Source of the DNA: Armatimonadota bacterium
GTDB taxonomy: Bacteria > Armatimonadota > Fimbriimonadia > Fimbriimonadales > GBS-DC
Direction of reading: 5' to 3'
DNA: 64,000 bases
NCBI GenBank assembly: GCA_037445735.1
Contig: JBBIJY010000003.1
Coordinates: 1 to 64,000, forward strand
Made by a program: the position numbers and the translations under genes. This document shows, one piece after another, positions 58,485-64,000 of this stretch. Each line of letters starts with the position of its first letter. The stretch's first letter is position 1. Under the pieces are notes generated by a model that was given only the letters and a program-made list of their open reading frames with translations, was not told where the DNA came from and did not search any database.

Positions 58485-61400
58485 TCAGCAGGACTCGCCC
58501 CCACCGATTGCCTCTAACACCACCTTTCCAATCGCCTCCGCCTGTTCGGGGTAGGCGCGAATCAACACAGCGCACATCCTCAGCGCAGACAGCCTGAAAT
58601 AGGCGCACGGTAGCAGGAGCTGCTTGTAATACTGCCGGTCGCCCGCCTCCACCATTGCCTTTGCAACTCTTGGGAAAACCTCATGATATTTGCCTGCGAG
58701 CAGCTGGGCAGTGTTCACCGCATCGGCAAACAGTCCTGCCCGCGCCTGCTCTTGCGCTATCACCCGCGCCCCAATATGCTTTTCTATATCGGGAACCCCC
58801 CGAACAACATTCACTGCTTCGTCAAAGAGCTGAATGGCTTGCTCCCTCTGCCCTTCTCGCGCCAGCGCTTCAGCTCTCAACGCCGACTCCCAAACCCCTC
58901 GGCAAGTCGCCGTCTCAATCCTCGGATAAGCCTTCAGCGCTTCGTCAAAGATTTGCTGGGCTTCTTCCCTTTGCCCTACCAACGCGAGTGATTCTGCAAT
59001 CGCTGTCAGTGCATTTGCTCTCCAATAAGGCTCCACAATCACCCGAGCAGCAGCAAGCGCTTCCCCAAAGACTTGCTCGGCTTGTTCTCTTTGCCCTGAT
59101 CGTGCCCGTGCTTCAGCAATCGCTGCCAATGCCCAAATCGGTGTATACGCGTCGACAATTCGAGAGGTGGTTCCCAGCGTTTCGGCAAAGAGTCGCAGAG
59201 CTTCCTCCCGTTGCCCTGACTGTGCCAGCCTTTTGACCCTCTTCACTTGCGCCTCCGCCCTCTGATACAAATCGATAGTCTCAAGCTCAACTTCCGATTC
59301 TTCTTCAGGAGCCTGCGCAGTTTCTTCTGTAAAAGAGCGCTCGATATCAGTCCAACAGTGGTCGGGAAGCAGAGACTTGAGCTTCTCCAAGAAGCCCTTT
59401 TCTATGTCTTCAGCAATCAGCTGAAGCAGAGCGCTAGCAAACAGCTGGTGCCAGCGCCTCTCAAGAGAAAGAACAGACGACTCGGTCAAACGCTCAAGAA
59501 CAACTTTGCGCTGCTCGCGGTCGGGTTGGGCTTCCGCCAGCATGAGGTACCAGAGGGTGCGGATGCGGGCTTCATACATGTCGGCAACTTTCAGCGCGTG
59601 TTCCAGATTGCCCGTGGTGCGCCAGATTTCGTAGGGCGACCGGGTGCTGCGCGTCGCTTCGACAATCTGTGCATGGCGGAGCATTAGTTGAGTCAGTATC
59701 ACAGCCTCGTCGCGCTGGCTGGCGACCTGAATCGCCTGCTGGAGCGGTTTCAGGAGCAGGTCTGGCTCGGTGGGGAACGCCTCGCGTTGCGCCTGCAGGA
59801 AGTTATCATCCAGCGCCAGCGTGTAGAGCGCTTCGGCAGCCGCTTTATCGCGGGGGGCGCGCTCCATCAGGTGAGTGGAGTAGTGGCGCAGGGCGTAGCC
59901 GCTTTTGTGTTCCTTCCAGCGAGCGCAGTGGTTCAGCAGCGCCTGTTCCATCCACTCGGCTTCCCCGCCCAGCGCATTACGGAACTCTATCGCCAGCAGG
60001 GGGTGCGCGAACTGCCAGCCCGCCTCGGAGCAGAGGAACCAGCGGCGCACAGGCTGGGGCAGGTTCTGCAAGTCCCACACAGAGACCTCGCAGAGGGTTT
60101 CCAGATCGCTTTCAGGCAGGGGCGCTTTGACGACGGTGAGCAGGGCGAACATGCGTCGGATACCCTGCGCGTTGGACACATGCGACGCCAGCTGGCGAAT
60201 CTGGCGCTGGATGTATTCCTGCATCCCCCTCGGCGCGTTCTGAAGCGCCTGTTTCGGGTCTGGGGACTCCTGCAGATCTTCCAGCAGGTAGCGGGCGTAG
60301 AGTGTCAGCCCTTCGGTGCGCTGGTGAAGCTGGCTGATGAAGTCGGGGTCGTCGGCATAAGCGCGGAGCGGTTCAATATTGCTCACCCATTCGCGCAGGT
60401 CGTCTTCGCTCAGGGCGTCCAGCGCGAACTGGGCGTCGGCGCGTCGGAGCCACGCCTCAAGGTAGGGCGGCGGCTCAGGTCTATTGTCCCAGCGTGCGCT
60501 GACTATCACGAATATGCCGTCGGGCAGGGTATCGGGCAGGGGCGGATAGAGGATGGGCGCGTCCGCCTCGTCCAGCGCGTCTATCAGCAGCACGAGGCGC
60601 TTGCGTGGGGGCTTCAACTCGCGAATCTGATAGAGTAGTTGCGCACGCAGCTCGTCGGGATTGTTATCGGGCAGGTAGACCTGCATACTGGTGATGTGTC
60701 CCAGTTGCAGCAGCAGGTGGGCATAGGCGTACTCCACGCGCGTGCCCAGCCCGCCCAGCTCCTCGCGCGTGGAGAAGAAGTGGAACGCGACATCGGTGTC
60801 GCCGCGCGCCTGCAATCGGTTCAGCAGTTTCATCATCAGGCGGGTTTTGCCGTAGCCTGCGGGCGCATGCACCACCGCCGTCCCGCTGGAGCGCGTCGTG
60901 AGGAACGCTTCCAGATTCGCCAGAATATCGTGCCGCCCCACGAATATCTCCTGCGTGTAGGCTTGCAGGAATCGGAGCGTGCCCTCGTGGAGCAGGCGGT
61001 AGCGGTGCTTTTCGCCGAGCAGGTTGACGATGAACTCCACGCGCTCGCGGGTGTCGCGGATGGCGTGCAGGATGGGTTCGGTGATAGAGTGAGCCAGCTC
61101 ACGGGCGCGTTCCTGCCAGCGGTCAGGCTCCGATTCGAGCCACTCGCTGAAGGTGCGAGTGAACTGCTCGTGGCGCTCCTGCAGGAGCTGAACCCCCTGC
61201 GCGATTTCGGGCGTGAGTTGCTGCGTTTCACGCAGCGCCTGAAGAGTCGCGTCCAGCATCTGCTTCTGGAAGGCAATCCACGCACGCTGGTGCTGGGGGT
61301 CTTTGAGCAGCTGGGCGAACTCGTGCCGAAAGAGGTCGGGCAGGCGGGTTTTGAGGAACTCGCTCAGGCTGCTGGGGATAGGTGTGGGTTCTGTTAGACG

Positions 61401-61883
61401 CTGGAGCAGGTTCAGCAGCCAGTCGGCAATCGCTGGGCGCGGGGATGTTTCGAGCGCGGGCGCGTCGAAAGATTGCTCGCCGACAGTTTCGAACACCTGC
61501 GCGTCGCCCCCTCTGATGGCTTCGGCAAGTCGCCCCTCCCACTCGTTGAAGAGCCTCTCTTCTTCTGGAGAAAGCCCGCGCGGGAGGTTGCTGGTGTCGC
61601 TGGTTTGCTGGCGCAGTTCCTCACGGGCGCGGTTGAGGGCGTTTCGCAGCGCTTCGAGCTGGGCGCGTTCCAGGTCGGCGTTGCGGGGCGGTCGGAAGCG
61701 GCGAATCGCGTTCTCCAGACGCTCTCTGGAGAAGTCCGCTGCCGCTGGCACTGCAATCTCCCCCAGCACGCTGCCGATGAACCCGCCTGCGAAGCCGCCG
61801 ATGGGTCCGCCCATCACGCTCCCCAGAGCCATGCCTGCGGCGATGCAGGCGTCCCTGACAGGGTTTTCGCCACCGAAGAGCAT
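58485..61883 (-). CDS. STAND/NACHT-like P-loop ATPase with N-terminal glycine zipper and C-terminal TPR repeats
   Basis: FVGR, Walker A APAGYGKT, FHFFS, Walker B LLIDALDEAD, FAH.L...F winged-helix segment, HYALRH-like YALRHY..HL, TPR units (ALAAIAEA.A..GQREQA..F.EAL). Confidence 0.85.
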   Translation of the reverse strand: MLFGGENPVRDACIAAGMALGSVMGGPIGGFAGGFIGSVLGEIAVPAAADFSRERLENAIRRFRPPRNADLERAQLEALRNALNRAREELRQQTSDTSNLPRGLSPEEERLFNEWEGRLAEAIRGGDAQVFETVGEQSFDAPALETSPRPAIADWLLNLLQRLTEPTPIPSSLSEFLKTRLPDLFRHEFAQLLKDPQHQRAWIAFQKQMLDATLQALRETQQLTPEIAQGVQLLQERHEQFTRTFSEWLESEPDRWQERARELAHSITEPILHAIRDTRERVEFIVNLLGEKHRYRLLHEGTLRFLQAYTQEIFVGRHDILANLEAFLTTRSSGTAVVHAPAGYGKTRLMMKLLNRLQARGDTDVAFHFFSTREELGGLGTRVEYAYAHLLLQLGHITSMQVYLPDNNPDELRAQLLYQIRELKPPRKRLVLLIDALDEADAPILYPPLPDTLPDGIFVIVSARWDNRPEPPPYLEAWLRRADAQFALDALSEDDLREWVSNIEPLRAYADDPDFISQLHQRTEGLTLYARYLLEDLQESPDPKQALQNAPRGMQEYIQRQIRQLASHVSNAQGIRRMFALLTVVKAPLPESDLETLCEVSVWDLQNLPQPVRRWFLCSEAGWQFAHPLLAIEFRNALGGEAEWMEQALLNHCARWKEHKSGYALRHYSTHLMERAPRDKAAAEALYTLALDDNFLQAQREAFPTEPDLLLKPLQQAIQVASQRDEAVILTQLMLRHAQIVEATRSTRSPYEIWRTTGNLEHALKVADMYEARIRTLWYLMLAEAQPDREQRKVVLERLTESSVLSLERRWHQLFASALLQLIAEDIEKGFLEKLKSLLPDHCWTDIERSFTEETAQAPEEESEVELETIDLYQRAEAQVKRVKRLAQSGQREEALRLFAETLGTTSRIVDAYTPIWALAAIAEARARSGQREQAEQVFGEALAAARVIVEPYWRANALTAIAESLALVGQREEAQQIFDEALKAYPRIETATCRGVWESALRAEALAREGQREQAIQLFDEAVNVVRGVPDIEKHIGARVIAQEQARAGLFADAVNTAQLLAGKYHEVFPRVAKAMVEAGDRQYYKQLLLPCAYFRLSALRMCAVLIRAYPEQAEAIGKVVLEAIGGGESC

Positions 61884-61953
61884 AACGGTATGATTATACC
61901 TCCTGCAACTATACTGTCAGGGGTTTCCGAGCGGGTGTTCGCAAAAAAGGAAA

Positions 61954-61980
61954 GCCCCCTCACCCGTACCCGCTCCCCCG
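61954..61980. repeat. Partial REP-like unit
   Basis: GCCCCCTCACCCGTACCC.CTCCCCC half unit. Confidence 0.6.
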
Positions 61981-62050
61981 CAGGCGTTGATATGGGTTAT
62001 AATTATGGTAGCCCTGTGCGCCCGATGAGCGCATGGGGGAGACCAATCTG

Positions 62051-62884
62051 ATGAATGGTGGAACAACGATGGGACGGCTGGTTCGGGTGTACGCACTTGT
62101 TGGCGCAGGCGTTCTGTCGTTGCTGGTGACGGCAGGCTGGTCGCAGAGGTTGACCTGGCTGGGCACGCTCGGCGGTTGGGGGAGCGAGGCTTGGAGCGTA
62201 TCGGCGGATGGCGCGGTGGTGGTTGGCTGGGCATTCAATGCCAGCGGTTATGACCAAGCCTTCCGCGGGACGCCTGCTGGGGGAATGCAGGACCTCGGCA
62301 CGCTGGGCGGCAGTGTGAGCGAGGCTCGCAGTGTTTCTTCAGACGGCGCAGTGATTGTCGGCTGGGCATGGAATGCCAGCGGTCAGACTCGCGCCTTTCG
62401 CTGGACGCCAGCAACAGGGATGCAAGACCTTGGCACGTTGGGCGGCAGTCAGAGTGGGGCTTACGGCGTATCAGCGGATGGCACAGTGGTGGTTGGCTGG
62501 GCATTCAGCGCCAGTGGTCAGACACGCGCCTTCCGCTGGACACCAGCGGGCGGGATGGAAGACCTGAACCAGACCTACGCCAGCCTGTTGAGAGATGGCT
62601 CGTATCTGACGAGAGCGCACGCCATCAGCCCCGACGGGCGCTACATCGTGGGCTGGGGCTATAATGCGGCGACGGGGTTCAGCGAGGCATACTTGCTGGA
62701 TACCTGGCGCATGGGCGATACCAACGGCGACGGTTGCATTGATGACTCCGACTTACTTGCCGTGCTGTTCGCGTTTGGCACGCCTGGCACAGGCTCCACG
62801 CGCCACGAGGACATCACCGAGGACGGTATCGTGGACGACGCGGACCTGCTGGTGGTGTTGTTCAACTTCGGCAGTGGGTGTTAG
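62051..62884 (+). CDS. Secreted HAF-type repeat protein with dockerin-like tail
   Basis: Three LGTLGG..S.A..VS.DG.V.VGW...AFRWT repeats; tail GDTNGDGCIDDSDLLAVLFAFG...DDADLLVVLFNFGSGC. Confidence 0.88.
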   Translation: MNGGTTMGRLVRVYALVGAGVLSLLVTAGWSQRLTWLGTLGGWGSEAWSVSADGAVVVGWAFNASGYDQAFRGTPAGGMQDLGTLGGSVSEARSVSSDGAVIVGWAWNASGQTRAFRWTPATGMQDLGTLGGSQSGAYGVSADGTVVVGWAFSASGQTRAFRWTPAGGMEDLNQTYASLLRDGSYLTRAHAISPDGRYIVGWGYNAATGFSEAYLLDTWRMGDTNGDGCIDDSDLLAVLFAFGTPGTGSTRHEDITEDGIVDDADLLVVLFNFGSGC

Positions 62885-62998
62885 CCCTCACCCCCCTGCC
62901 TCCTCTCCCCAGGCTTGTTAGCCCCCTCACCCGTACCCTCTCCCCCACTGGGGGAGAGGGGCTAAACTTCTCCCTCCCCCGCAGGCGGGGGAGAGGGC
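62882..62998. repeat. REP-like repeat cluster
   Basis: Three full or partial CCCTCACCC..CCCTCTCCCCC-loop-GGGGGAGAGGG units. Confidence 0.8.
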
Positions 62999-63118
62999 GT
63001 GCGGACTCCCGTTTTATGGCAGGCGGTAGCGGTAGTCCCACACGGTTTCGCCAGGCGGCACGGTCAGCTCCCCGATGAGCAGGGTGGCGCCGCGCCGTTT
63101 GTGCCACTCCCACCGCTT

Positions 63119-63706
63119 TCAGCCGAGCGCCATGCGGGTCAGCATCAGCGCTGTTACGAGGGTGTTCCAGAGCATGACGCGATGCTCGCCGTTCGCCCAT
63201 GCGGTCTGCCAGCGGAACTCGCCTTCGGGGGTATGCCAGGCGCGATGGGGCAGCGGGATCAGCAGGGGCACACGCTGGCGATACTCGTCGTGCTGGGGGA
63301 ACAGCTCGCTCAGGCGGCGCTCCTCCATCGCGACGGCGCACCCGTACAGAAACGCGCTGTACGCGCCAATCAGCCCACCATACGGCAGCCAGCCCACCAT
63401 CGTACACCAGCCGCCGAGGATCAGCAGCATGCCGCCGTAGAGCGGATGGCGCACGCGCGCGTACGGACCCGCCGTGATGAGATGCGTATTTTTCTGCAGA
63501 TAGCCCGCCGCCCACAGGCGCACAAGCGAACCGAGCAGCACCAGCAGGCTGCCCATCGCTGCCTCGCTAAGAGTCGGATCCGCCAGCCCAATCAGCAGGA
63601 GGGGCACAGGCAGAAAGAGCCGACTGCGCCTGCGCCCAATCCACACCACCAGACTGGTCAGTCCGCTCGCGCCTGCGTCGATTCGATCAAGAGTTGCTCG
63701 ATCCAT
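63119..63706 (-). CDS. Isoprenylcysteine carboxyl methyltransferase / PEMT-family membrane protein
   Basis: RLWAAG, LITAGPYARVRHPLY.G, EE..L...F...Y...VP. Confidence 0.85.
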   Translation of the reverse strand: MDRATLDRIDAGASGLTSLVVWIGRRRSRLFLPVPLLLIGLADPTLSEAAMGSLLVLLGSLVRLWAAGYLQKNTHLITAGPYARVRHPLYGGMLLILGGWCTMVGWLPYGGLIGAYSAFLYGCAVAMEERRLSELFPQHDEYRQRVPLLIPLPHRAWHTPEGEFRWQTAWANGEHRVMLWNTLVTALMLTRMALG

Positions 63707-64000
63707 TCGGGTCCCTCGCTCAGCGGCTCGCCTTCGCCGAGCAGGCTCCGCAGAGTGCTGAAAGCCTCTTTTTGACATCGATAGTTTTCGTCCTGCCGCA
63801 GCAGCCCGATCAGGTAGCGAGCTAATGCGCTGGGCGTCGCCGCCTCCTGAATGAACTCCGGGCACACCTCGCGCTCCAGCAACAGATTGGGCAGCCCGAT
63901 ATGGCGCAGGTTCAGCCGCCGGCGGCGCAGGCGATATTCCAGATTCATCCAGCTGGAGCCGCGATAGATGATGAGCATCGGCGTGTCCAACAGCGCCGCC
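63658..64000 (-). CDS. lpxB: Lipid-A-disaccharide synthase, C-terminal part (5' end outside window)
   Basis: AALLDTPMLIIYR, IGLPNLL...VCPEFIQ..ATP..LA. Confidence 0.8.
   Translation of the reverse strand, partial: AALLDTPMLIIYRGSSWMNLEYRLRRRRLNLRHIGLPNLLLEREVCPEFIQEAATPSALARYLIGLLRQDENYRCQKEAFSTLRSLLGEGEPLSEGPEWIEQLLIESTQARAD

Overview
A GC-rich bacterial chromosomal window of about 50 CDS and two tRNA-Thr genes. LpxL/LpxB, two PEP-CTERM proteins, a prepilin/H-X9-DG protein and four secreted proteins with a dockerin-like tail suggest a diderm bacterium, probably Armatimonadota (inference). Much is housekeeping: zwf, folP, ribE, tpx, asnS, mazG, ffh, nuoN, phrB, a YitJ-like enzyme and lpxB. 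The best candidate for a new system is the minus-strand operon at 14363-18863. It encodes a lipoprotein with five tandem Ig-like repeats capped by a c-type heme domain, an MtrA/DmsE-type decaheme cytochrome and an outer-membrane beta-barrel. This looks like a porin-cytochrome electron conduit with a stalked heme in place of MtrC. Other points of interest: a near-identical 165-nt 3' cassette shared by two surface proteins, an NLR-like STAND ATPase with an N-terminal glycine zipper, a SARP/NB-ARC gene with very AT-rich patches, a GAF/Cas4-like/SRAP operon, a REP-like repeat family that has entered coding sequences, apparent leaderless promoters, and an integrase remnant between two convergent tRNA-Thr genes. 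No CRISPR array, rRNA or intact mobile element was seen. All calls come from reading motifs by eye; no searches were run.
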